A DNA stretch of 64,000 nucleotides from a virus (IMGVR_UViG_3300029705_000023:45563-109562); one strand, 5' to 3'. Counted from the first letter of the stretch, positions 28,214 to 36,986 are shown. Numbers and translations are program-made. Notes: generated by a model not told the origin, from the letters alone.

Positions 28214-28327
28214 AAAAACTTGCGCTCCCGCTGGAAGAAACTTGCACTCTATTTCTCGGAAGTATCGTAGAACAGGGAACATAGTCGGAAACGGGCGCAA
28301 GTTTTTATTTGCGCCGGCGCAAGTTTC
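28214..28327. promoter_or_regulatory. Four AAACTTGC(G/A)C operator-like sites in inverted arrangement
   Basis: 28214-28225 and 28237-28247 forward; 28295-28306 and 28317-28327 reverse. Confidence 0.65.
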
Positions 28328-28334
28328 TACCCCC

Positions 28335-28362
28335 TTGTAATTTATTGTCTTCCCGCTATAAT
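28335..28362 (+). promoter_or_regulatory. Sigma70-like promoter of the fic gene
   Basis: TTGTAA-N16-TATAAT. Confidence 0.65.
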
Positions 28363-28379
28363 CAGGAAGGGAGGGGATC

Positions 28380-29468
28380 ATGTTTGATGTAAAGGAATTT
28401 CAGGATTTTGAGTTGTTTCGGCGGGTGTCGGAACTGTTGTCTTATCGGTCGGAGGTTCAGGATCTGGATCCGATCGCGGCGCAGCTGCATGAGATGTTTT
28501 TTATGGCGGAGTGTGTCGCTTCCGCCCGGATAGAGGGAAATCATACGACCATCACAGATTATCTTTTGAGGGACAGGACCCTAGAGGATACGGACCTGCA
28601 CAAGCAGATCACGAATATTCTCTCCGCGATCCGGTTCGTACAGGATACGGCGGATGTAAGGCTGGACGTAGGCTACATTCGGGAGCTTCATCGGCGGGTG
28701 ACGGAGGGACTTCAGGAGGAAGGGGACAGGAATCCGGGCTGTTTCAGAAGCGCGGAAGTTCGTATTCAGGGCGCGGATGTGTGTCCGCCTTCTGCGGGGG
28801 ATGTACCGGACAGGATCCATCAGCTGGTACAGGAGATCAACGCTCCCTGCGAGCCGCTGGTTTATCTGTTGAAGACGCTTTGGGCGCACCATGCTTTTAC
28901 GGTCATTCATCCGTTTGAGAACGGGAACGGCAGGACAGCCAGGCTCCTGACTTACGCCATGCTTGCGCGGGCGGGGCTGACGACGGTCAACGGCTGGGCG
29001 CTTCATCCGTCGGTGATCTTCAGTTACGACCGGGAAGCGTACTATCATCATCTGACTTTGGCGGACAGGGGAGACATATCCGCGTGGATGAGGTACATGG
29101 CGGACGGGCTGGTCCAGAATATCCGGGGACTGGTGTCTCTGGGCACACAGCAGGAAGTCGCGCGGAAGAATCTGGCTCCGCTTCTGCGGAAACTGGCTCC
29201 GGGAGACTGCGCTCCCATACTGGTATTGGCTCTGTGTGTTCCAGGAGGGATACGTCCGGCGGATGTCAAGAAGATATTGCCGGACTGGTCGGAGTTTGCG
29301 GTCAGCCGAAGGCTTCGTTCTCTGCGGGAGTCCGGATGGCTGAAGCGCGATATTAATAACAGGAGGATCCATCACCTCCAGCTTTTGGGCTGCAAGCCGC
29401 TGCTTCGGGCGATGATGGAGTTCTTTAACCGGAAAGGACTGCTTCTGGACGATCAGGTCATGCGGTGA
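28380..29468 (+). CDS. fic: Class II Fic-domain protein with C-terminal HTH-like domain
   Basis: HPFENGNGRTAR Fic loop; N-terminal SARIEGN inhibitory (S/T)xxxE(G/N) motif. Confidence 0.9.
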   Translation: MFDVKEFQDFELFRRVSELLSYRSEVQDLDPIAAQLHEMFFMAECVASARIEGNHTTITDYLLRDRTLEDTDLHKQITNILSAIRFVQDTADVRLDVGYIRELHRRVTEGLQEEGDRNPGCFRSAEVRIQGADVCPPSAGDVPDRIHQLVQEINAPCEPLVYLLKTLWAHHAFTVIHPFENGNGRTARLLTYAMLARAGLTTVNGWALHPSVIFSYDREAYYHHLTLADRGDISAWMRYMADGLVQNIRGLVSLGTQQEVARKNLAPLLRKLAPGDCAPILVLALCVPGGIRPADVKKILPDWSEFAVSRRLRSLRESGWLKRDINNRRIHHLQLLGCKPLLRAMMEFFNRKGLLLDDQVMR

Positions 29469-30391
29469 ACATGGGCGTAGGTGCCTAATCCTGTGGAAGA
29501 GACTTCGGTTTCTTCTTCCGGACCTTCCGGCGTGACGGTTTCCAGTTTCACGTTGAGTATTTCCTGAATACGGGCAAGCTCGCAGGGGTCGGTAATGGGG
29601 CGGGCATTGAGGATTCCCTGCCGGTGGATATGGTCCAACATTTCTTTCGGGAGTGTTTCGATGTCCGCGCGGGTGAGATCGTCTTCGGTACGGACCGTGA
29701 CGGCGCAGGGACGGTTCAGGAACGTTACCGGGCAGCACAGTCCGGTGTATCCCCGGTCCAGAACCAGTGCAGGGACATCCCAGGTGAGGTCCTTTTCACT
29801 GACTTCCGTTCCGGTCATGGCACTTAGTCCCCGAAACAGTGTTCCTGCGGACGGTCCGTTGACCAGGGCATCCAGCAGAGCATTCAGGAATGCCTTGCTT
29901 TGCTCGCTGGAGGGTGTTTTCAGTCCGAGCAGGTAGCCGAACTGCCGGTAGAGGTCCTCCTTATCGAGCCGGGCATTCTTCAGCCAGACTCTTTTCAGAC
30001 CGGCCGGGACAGAAAACGAGCGTGTATCCGGGTGCAGTTCCCACGATGGGTCGGTAATGCGGTCGGTCACTGCCTCAAAGGAGACGATCTCTTCCGGTAT
30101 CGTGACGCTGACGGTCCCGAGAGCCTGATCAAAGAGTCCGGCTTCATCGAAAACCGCTCCGGAATCCCAGGTCTGGACAGTTTCGGACTCGGCAATATCG
30201 AGCGGATACCAGAATTTCAGCCGATACACATCGATCGTATGTCTTGAGAGCGCATTTTCCAGCTCCCGGACTTCCTGATCGGTCTGTTTCTGGACTTCTG
30301 CCAGCGCGTAAACGAGTTGACGGACAGCCGGAACTTCATTCCAGAAGCCTCCGAGTGCCTGAAAGAGCTGATTTTTCATTGGATCCTCCAT
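29453..30391 (-). CDS. Putative baseplate/tail structural protein
   Basis: Last gene of a coupled minus-strand block; function inferred from context. Confidence 0.5.
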   Translation of the reverse strand: MEDPMKNQLFQALGGFWNEVPAVRQLVYALAEVQKQTDQEVRELENALSRHTIDVYRLKFWYPLDIAESETVQTWDSGAVFDEAGLFDQALGTVSVTIPEEIVSFEAVTDRITDPSWELHPDTRSFSVPAGLKRVWLKNARLDKEDLYRQFGYLLGLKTPSSEQSKAFLNALLDALVNGPSAGTLFRGLSAMTGTEVSEKDLTWDVPALVLDRGYTGLCCPVTFLNRPCAVTVRTEDDLTRADIETLPKEMLDHIHRQGILNARPITDPCELARIQEILNVKLETVTPEGPEEETEVSSTGLGTYAHVHRMT

Positions 30392-31746
30392 GATTTACAG
30401 AGACTGTGGTGCAGATAGACGCCGGTCTGTCCCAGTTCGGTAACAGGGACCGTCAAAGAGCCTGCCAGAGTGCGTCCGGCGAAGAGTTCTCCGGTGAGCT
30501 GATGGTTTTCAACAGCTAAAATAAAAGTCAGTTCCGGCTGCCGGGTACTCAGAGGCAGTGTTTTGGAGCCCAACCGCAGGGTCTCTCCGTCGTAGGAGAA
30601 GAGCGAGAAGCGATCCGGATTCAGGATCCCGTAGACGATACCGCACGTTCCGTCCTGAGAGCGGGTGAACGAGGCGGAAACATAGCTGCCGTGCGTATCC
30701 GTGACAGCGACAGCCGGTTCAATGCTCTCGCTTTGGAGTCCGACGCCGGAAAGATAGCTCAGACCGGTCCCGGTCAGGGGATAGAAGTCCTCCGGGAGCA
30801 CGCCGGGGCGGTTCAGGCGGTAGGGGATGACGTCTTCCGAGGTTTCTTCACAGGGATCCTGCCCGCAGCGTCCGAAATTCATCGGTTCCCGCTCCTGCTT
30901 TTCATCCTGAATGGTGAGCTGGACGCCCTGACAGAGGTTATCCTGACATCTTTCCTTCTCTTCCGTACTTCCGAAGAACTGGAGTGCGGTGTAGGCGTAG
31001 AGATCAGAGGCAGAGGCGTCCGTCACCAGCCGGATCTGGACGTTTCCGGTCTCATCCGGCACAGCGCCTCCCAGTGAAGTGATGCAGTTGCAGTCGCCGT
31101 TCTCAGGACGCTGGTCACATTCTCCCCGGTAAGGTCCTGTCGGGTCTCCGTCTCCGGTGTCGGAGGGGGACAGATGAAAGACCAGCGCCTGTACTTCTTC
31201 CAGACCTTCTCCGGAGATGCCCTGTGCGCGGGTCTCGCCGAGGTAAACCGTCTCTTTTCGTATGGTGACTGCCGTTCCTGCCTCAAAAACGATGTCGCCG
31301 GTCAGACGATGGTTCCGGATGCCGAGGGAGGGGACAGGCCACGGCTTCAGGCGGACGATACAGGAGGGGGAGATTCCGCTTTGAGAGGGGGAATCGAAGC
31401 GCCATTGCCCCTTTTCCTGAGTATGCCCGAACGCGATGACCCCCTGCAGGCTGTCGTGGAAGCATTCCAGCGGGTAATGGGTCAACGGAGCGACCGGCTG
31501 CGGCAGCGCGACGGCTGCTTCGGTACCGAACTGGGAGGCGATGACGACGCTGATCAGGTATTCCGAGCAGGTGACGCCTGAAATGTAGAATATTTTCTCG
31601 TTTTCAGCGGACATCAGCCGAATATCGGTGATCAGCGCGGTCGGGAGCGCGTTTCCGGACAGGTCATAGCCGGAAGCATTGCTGTCCAGCGGGTATTTTA
31701 CTTCTTCATTGCCTGCATACCAGGCTGCATTATAGATTTCCTGCAT
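30376..31746 (-). CDS. Putative tail/baseplate protein
   Basis: ITSLGGAVPDETGNVQI motif, Cys-rich segments, beta-rich C-terminus. Confidence 0.55.
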   Translation of the reverse strand: MQEIYNAAWYAGNEEVKYPLDSNASGYDLSGNALPTALITDIRLMSAENEKIFYISGVTCSEYLISVVIASQFGTEAAVALPQPVAPLTHYPLECFHDSLQGVIAFGHTQEKGQWRFDSPSQSGISPSCIVRLKPWPVPSLGIRNHRLTGDIVFEAGTAVTIRKETVYLGETRAQGISGEGLEEVQALVFHLSPSDTGDGDPTGPYRGECDQRPENGDCNCITSLGGAVPDETGNVQIRLVTDASASDLYAYTALQFFGSTEEKERCQDNLCQGVQLTIQDEKQEREPMNFGRCGQDPCEETSEDVIPYRLNRPGVLPEDFYPLTGTGLSYLSGVGLQSESIEPAVAVTDTHGSYVSASFTRSQDGTCGIVYGILNPDRFSLFSYDGETLRLGSKTLPLSTRQPELTFILAVENHQLTGELFAGRTLAGSLTVPVTELGQTGVYLHHSLCKSWRIQ

Positions 31747-31749
31747 TTT

Positions 31750-33396
31750 TTATGCCTCTTCTTCTCCTTTGCAGGGCCAGTAGCGCTGCTTGATCTCGAA
31801 GATCTTCTTTCGGATGGTCTCTGCGTCTTCTTTTCGGGGTGCCGGGTCCATGATGGAGTCTTCATCGATGACACAGTTCAGGTTTACGGTAGTTTTCTGG
31901 GTACCGGAGAGGTACGGACCGCCCAGCTGCCGGTATTCCAGCGGTATTTCCGAGCCGTGAGCGAAGAAATCGATGTGTCCGGAGTCCAGCGTGAACTGGA
32001 TACGGTAGTTTTCCGAGAATGTTTCCTCTTTATCGTCGAGAATGATCTGGTAGATGCCGTGCCAGTAGACGGTCTCGCCTGCCGGGACGCAGTACCACTC
32101 CATGAACGGGCTGTTTTTGAACCATTTCTCGAAAAGGTCCGGTGTTTTGGTGTCTCCTTCCGCGATCAGGTTCCCGTTTTCGTCCGTCAGGGTGCGATTT
32201 GCCTCCGTGACGGCTTCTCTTTCGTTTGTTTCCTCGTCATAGTGCCCCTGCCAGAGCAGGTAGACTTCGCTGTCGGCAGAAACGTCGCTGAATGTCTTGG
32301 TTCCTTCGGACGCGAAGACTGCTTTCAGCCTCCGGACCAGCTTTTTCTGCTCCGGGTCATAGTGCGTGACCCACTGCGGTACCTGATTTCCCTCAAACTG
32401 GTAGTTGGAGATGATCTGCCGGACGAGTTTCAGGCTTCCTTCTCCTTCCAGTATCTCCGCATGACTGTTTATCTTGATGAAAGAGGCTGCCTGAGAGTGC
32501 AGGTTGGTGATGGCCGCCCGGACTTCGATCAGGGGACAGCTTTGCGCCAGTCCAATGACGCTGGCAGCCGCCGTGCCGGTACAATCGGGGATACTCTGCC
32601 ACAGTTTTACGAGTTTATCGTGCTGTTCCCGCAGCCAGCGTGCTTTTCCGCCTATCTCACGGTAGGCGTCGGCTACCTTATTGAGGTATTCCGCGAAAGC
32701 CGTCATGTCTTCGCAGGTACAGCAGGGTTCATTGGTGTTTGCGAGCTGAAGATGCCCGCATCCGACCGCTAACGTCTGTCCGTTGACAGTAGGCAGGAAG
32801 ACAGCTCCGTCTGCATTGGGCTTTACTCCGTTGATGCTGCGCAGAAGGAACTTTTTTTCGACCTCTTCACAGGGGACCGTGACTTTTCCTGTTCCGGCAC
32901 CGGGTACAGCATCCAGTGTGAGCTGATTCTCGCTGCGGAAGTCTTCTCTGGGAGTGCTTCCGAGCTGGATATTGGTTCCGGCAGCGATCTCTATCCTGCC
33001 GGAATGTCCATTGACCGTGCGGATCCTCGGCGGGACGCAGTAAACGGCTCGCAGGTCCAGAACGGCGTGTTCCGGGAGGAGAACGTCCGGGAAATTCCGC
33101 TGATTATTAATAACCATCTTGACCTGAACCGTAGCGGAAGTCCAGGTATAGAGCGTGTAGGCGCCGAAGGGAAGGATCTCCGCTTCTTCGGAGTCCAGAA
33201 CCGGCTGTCCGCTGCAGGTTTCCAGCCGGAGATGTCCTTTGGGCGTGATGCGGGCTATCCGCAGGGGAAGGTCATACTCAAAGCGCGGATCTTCATGACT
33301 GACGGTCATGTCGGCGATGAGGAACTGAATATCCGGCGACGGATCCACAAGCGGATAGTGGTCGCCGTACTGAATATGAGAAATACCGACCGGCAT
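31750..33396 (-). CDS. Putative tail/baseplate protein
   Basis: GGAGG RBS before ATG33396; IRTVNGHSG and SINGVKPNADG fibre/baseplate-type motifs; PCCTC. Confidence 0.55.
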   Translation of the reverse strand: MPVGISHIQYGDHYPLVDPSPDIQFLIADMTVSHEDPRFEYDLPLRIARITPKGHLRLETCSGQPVLDSEEAEILPFGAYTLYTWTSATVQVKMVINNQRNFPDVLLPEHAVLDLRAVYCVPPRIRTVNGHSGRIEIAAGTNIQLGSTPREDFRSENQLTLDAVPGAGTGKVTVPCEEVEKKFLLRSINGVKPNADGAVFLPTVNGQTLAVGCGHLQLANTNEPCCTCEDMTAFAEYLNKVADAYREIGGKARWLREQHDKLVKLWQSIPDCTGTAAASVIGLAQSCPLIEVRAAITNLHSQAASFIKINSHAEILEGEGSLKLVRQIISNYQFEGNQVPQWVTHYDPEQKKLVRRLKAVFASEGTKTFSDVSADSEVYLLWQGHYDEETNEREAVTEANRTLTDENGNLIAEGDTKTPDLFEKWFKNSPFMEWYCVPAGETVYWHGIYQIILDDKEETFSENYRIQFTLDSGHIDFFAHGSEIPLEYRQLGGPYLSGTQKTTVNLNCVIDEDSIMDPAPRKEDAETIRKKIFEIKQRYWPCKGEEEA

Positions 33397-33489
33397 AAAA
33401 TCCTCCTTTATTTTAGATTCTGAAGATTTTAGCATAATTCTGCATTTTCTGCTTGCTTTCGGAAATGGTTTCTTTATCAGATAAGTAAA

Positions 33490-33605
33490 GAGGTCGAACG
33501 CGGTCTCTCAGGTTAGGCGATGTAAGACCTGCTTCGGCAGGCAGACGCCGTTTGAGCCTGGAAGCGCCCTTGAGGCGCGTGCGGGTCCCAAAAAAGGGAC
33601 CGCCC
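33490..33605 (+). ncRNA. Candidate structured RNA upstream of the array (tracr/scaffold-like or leader)
   Basis: CCTGC-UUCG-GCAGG, GCGCC-CTTGA-GGCGC and GGTCCC-A6-GGGACC hairpins within ~110 nt. Confidence 0.45.
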
Positions 33606-33649
33606 CAATATACTGCGTGACGCAAAGGGTAAAGATACAATATACTGGT

Positions 33650-33982
33650 GTGAAGCCCGCGCGTGAGTTGGGGTTTCCAAGGCTGGTATTCATGAAGAGA
33701 GCCAGAGCGGGTGAAGCCCGCGCGTGAGTTGGGGTTTCTGGATCCGTTTTTCTCTTCCCCCTTTGGTCGAGGTGAAGCCCGCGCGTGAGTTGGGGTTTCT
33801 GTAGAGCCGTGGCCCTCGTCGATACCCTGCGGGTGAAGCCCGCGCGTGAGTTGGGGTTTCTACACCCTTTTTGAAGGACAGCCACGCCAATGTGTGAAGC
33901 CCGCGCGTGAGTTGGGGTTTCTAACCATAAGAGGAAAAGAAAAGTGTAACGAAAGTGAAGCCCGTGCGGGAGTTGGTTTTTT
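33650..33982 (+). CRISPR. CRISPR array: 5 identical 28-nt repeats plus 1 degenerate repeat, 5 unique 33-nt spacers
   Basis: GTGAAGCCCGCGCGTGAGTTGGGGTTTC at 33650, 33711, 33772, 33833, 33894; degenerate copy at 33955; period 61; orientation inferred from the degenerate end. Confidence 0.95.
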
Positions 33983-34200
33983 TGGGGGAAGTGACGCAAG
34001 ACGCGCCGCCTCCCAAATGAAGTCTGTGCCCGGGCCGAGGTCTCCGCTGTCTGCCGTAAGCTGGCGGAGCCAATACGCGGGCATGGTTTCCGTTTTCTTT
34101 CAGTTATCCAGGATCCTCGGATAACTGCCTGAGTCCTGATGGACTGTTTTTTTTGAGAGACATGGCGCGGAAGCGCTTATTTTTTTTAGGAGATGTGACA

Positions 34201-35361
34201 ATGCGCGGTTATCGATTCAAGCTCTATACCAAGGCGAAGGAGCGGAGGCAGCTGTCGGATATGATGTATTTGTGCGGAAAGTACTATAACCGCTGTATCA
34301 GGATCTGCCGGCTTTATTACCGCAGGACCGGCAGGAACATTTTTGTGGACCATAAGCAGTACGCGCTGTCTTATTATTTGACGGAAACCCGGAAACGCGC
34401 GAAGGCGAGGGGGAACGGGAATATTCGGAAGTATGACGCGATACCTCGCGACACCCTGTGTAACATTCACAAGCGCATCCGTCTTTCCTACAATCAGTTT
34501 TTCAGAAACCTGAAGCAGAAGCGCAGAGCGTCGCCTCCGAAGTTCCAGCGTGTTCGCGAGTACGGCACGCTCTTTTTTCAGCCGGGCAAAGGCGCGGCTG
34601 TACTTCCTGACGATCAGATCCGGGTAGGAAAGACAAGGTATCGCTACTTCCGTAATCAGCAGTGGACAGGACAGGTGAAGACGATGACAGTCACACGGGA
34701 CGCCTGCGGTGATTTCTGGGTATCCCTGACGGTAGACGAGACACGGACGGAGCAGATGCCAAACTATGGGCGTTCCGTCGGTTTTGACTTCGGGATCAAG
34801 ACTTTCCTGACAGGCAGTGATGGTTCTTCCTTTGAGGCGCCGCAGTATTTCAGGGAGTCGCTCAAGGAGCTGGCGAAGCTCCAGAAGCAGTTTGCCGGAA
34901 AGGAGCGGAGATCTAATAAGCGGGAGGCAATGAGGCTTAAAATAGCGAGACTTCACCGCAAGATCCGGCATCAGCGGGAGCATTTTCAGTGGGAGCTGAG
35001 TAACCGTCTTTTGGAGAAGTATGATATAATCTGTTTCGAGACGCTGAACCTTCAGGGGATGAGCCGCAGTTTCGGCAGGAAGATCGGCGAATATGCTCTG
35101 TACAGCTTTATTCAGAAGCTGACGTACCTTGCGGAAGCCGCGGGAAAGACCATCATACAGATAGACAGGATGTTCCCGTCTTCGAAACTCTGTTCCTGCT
35201 GCGGGTTTAAGAATACGGAGCTGACATTAAGCGACAGGGAGTGGACCTGCCCGCAGTGCGGCAGAAAGCACGACCGGGACATCAATGCCGCTATTAATAT
35301 ACATAACGAAGGAATGGCCCTTTACCATAATCAGGAGAAAGCATGTCCAAAGACAGAGTAG
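34201..35361 (+). CDS. tnpB: TnpB-family (Cas12f-like) RNA-guided nuclease, ~386 aa, array-adjacent
   Basis: N-terminal YRFKLY HTH; RuvC D (VGFDFG), E (CFETL), D (DRDINAA); CxxC...CxxC Zn ribbon; AGGAG RBS. Confidence 0.92.
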   Translation: MRGYRFKLYTKAKERRQLSDMMYLCGKYYNRCIRICRLYYRRTGRNIFVDHKQYALSYYLTETRKRAKARGNGNIRKYDAIPRDTLCNIHKRIRLSYNQFFRNLKQKRRASPPKFQRVREYGTLFFQPGKGAAVLPDDQIRVGKTRYRYFRNQQWTGQVKTMTVTRDACGDFWVSLTVDETRTEQMPNYGRSVGFDFGIKTFLTGSDGSSFEAPQYFRESLKELAKLQKQFAGKERRSNKREAMRLKIARLHRKIRHQREHFQWELSNRLLEKYDIICFETLNLQGMSRSFGRKIGEYALYSFIQKLTYLAEAAGKTIIQIDRMFPSSKLCSCCGFKNTELTLSDREWTCPQCGRKHDRDINAAINIHNEGMALYHNQEKACPKTE

Positions 35362-36986
35362 AAGAGTATCTCGGAAAGAGAGACTGGCGCATTCAGGAGA
35401 ATGCCAATTCCAATTACTGTTATCAGAGTCTGATCAGCCACGTTGCCGGGGCGGCGATCGCGGAGCATACCCTGGAGAATGTATATCCGAAAGAGATAGC
35501 GGACCTGCATCGGGACGGCAGTATGCACATCCACGACCTTTCCAACGGCATTGTTCCCTACTGTGCGGGCTGGTCGTTCATGGATATTCTCCTGAAGGGT
35601 TTTGAGGGCGGACCGGGACGCTTGAGGAGTGCGCCTGCGAAGCATCTGGATTCCATACTTGCCCAGCTGATGAACTTCCTGATCACATTGCAGGGTGAGT
35701 GGGCGGGAGCGCAGGCGATCAACTCCTTCGATACCTTTCTGGCTCCGTTCGTCCGTGCGGACAACCTGACGTATGAGCAGGTCCGGCAGGATATTCAGCG
35801 GTTCGTGTTCATGCTTAACACCGGAATGCGTCTTGGGCAGGCGAGTTTCACCAACGTAACGCTGGACTGGAACTGTCCGAAGGACCTGAAGGACACGCCG
35901 GTCATTATTGGCGGGGAACCTCACGACGAGTGGACGTATGGGGATTTCCCGGAAGAGATGGCGATGATCAACCGCGCTTTTCTGGAAGTGATGCTTGAAG
36001 GGGACGCCGACGGGCGCATCTTTTCCTTCCCCATCCCGACGTACAGCATGACGCCTGATTTTGACTGGAAGGATGAGAATGCCCGGCTTTTATTTTTAGC
36101 TACGGGCAAGTACGGGCTGCCGTATTTCCAGAATTTCATCAGTTCCGACCGGGACCCCAGTGAAGTGCGCAGCATGTGCTGCCGTCTTCAGCTTTCCCTC
36201 AAGGATCTTCGCCATAAGGGAGGCGGACTGTTCGGCTCCGGCGACAAGACAGGAAGCATTGGCGTAGTGACGCTGAACCTGCCGCGGATCGGGTATCTCG
36301 CGAAGGATAAGGAGGACTTCAGGGCACGGCTGGGATCCCTGCTGGACAGTGCCATGCAGGCTCTGGAACTTAAGCGCGGGGAAGTGTCGAAGAACTTCGA
36401 GAACGGGCTGATGCCTTATTCCAAGATCTACCTTGGTACGCTGGATAATCACTTCCATACCATCGGCACGATCGGGATGCACGAGATGTGCATGAACTTC
36501 CTGGGAAAGGGGATCGAGACAGAAGAAGGACGCGCTTTTGCACTGGAGGTCCTGGAAATGATCCGGGAACGCCTCCAGGAATTTCAGGAAAAAACAGGGC
36601 ACCTGTATAATCTGGAAGGTGTCCCGGGCGAGGGAACTTCGTATCGTCTTGCGAAGGAAGACAGAGACCGGTATCCGGAAATGTACACATCGGGAACGGA
36701 GGTGCCGTACTACACGAATTCCTCTCAGCTTCCGGTCGGCTACACGGATGACTTGTTTGAGGCATTGCGGCATCAGGATGAACTCCAGTGCGCCTATACC
36801 GGCGGAACGGTCTTTCATGCCTATATAGGCGAGCAGGTCGAGGATCCGGAGACAGTGGGCAATCTGGTCCGCAAGGTCTTTGAGCACTTCCGTATGCCGT
36901 ATTTCTCCCTGACGCCGACATTCAGTATTTGTCCCGTGCACGGCTACATCCCGGGTGATCACGAGACGTGTCCTTACGATACCTGA
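35343..36986 (+). CDS. nrdD: Class III anaerobic ribonucleotide reductase, core only (no ATP cone, no glycyl-radical tail)
   Basis: DWRIQENAN, HIHDL, PYCAGWS, RSMCCRL, YTGGTVFH, TPTFSICPVHGY motifs. Confidence 0.9.
   Translation: MSKDRVEEYLGKRDWRIQENANSNYCYQSLISHVAGAAIAEHTLENVYPKEIADLHRDGSMHIHDLSNGIVPYCAGWSFMDILLKGFEGGPGRLRSAPAKHLDSILAQLMNFLITLQGEWAGAQAINSFDTFLAPFVRADNLTYEQVRQDIQRFVFMLNTGMRLGQASFTNVTLDWNCPKDLKDTPVIIGGEPHDEWTYGDFPEEMAMINRAFLEVMLEGDADGRIFSFPIPTYSMTPDFDWKDENARLLFLATGKYGLPYFQNFISSDRDPSEVRSMCCRLQLSLKDLRHKGGGLFGSGDKTGSIGVVTLNLPRIGYLAKDKEDFRARLGSLLDSAMQALELKRGEVSKNFENGLMPYSKIYLGTLDNHFHTIGTIGMHEMCMNFLGKGIETEEGRAFALEVLEMIRERLQEFQEKTGHLYNLEGVPGEGTSYRLAKEDRDRYPEMYTSGTEVPYYTNSSQLPVGYTDDLFEALRHQDELQCAYTGGTVFHAYIGEQVEDPETVGNLVRKVFEHFRMPYFSLTPTFSICPVHGYIPGDHETCPYDT

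Noticed and set aside
33678-33954. Self-targeting spacers
   Set aside because: Only short chance matches were seen (for example 9 nt near 39208); a full computational search was not possible.
33508-34124. ORFs 33508-33999, 33690-33890, 33846-34124 and 33860-34084
   Set aside because: They are translations of the CRISPR repeats (recurrent ETPTHARA / RNPNSRAGFT), not genes.
34201-35361. Ordinary IS200/IS605 or IS607 insertion
   Set aside because: No tnpA or serine recombinase nearby and no room for a right end, because tnpB overlaps nrdD; not fully excluded without a covariance search.
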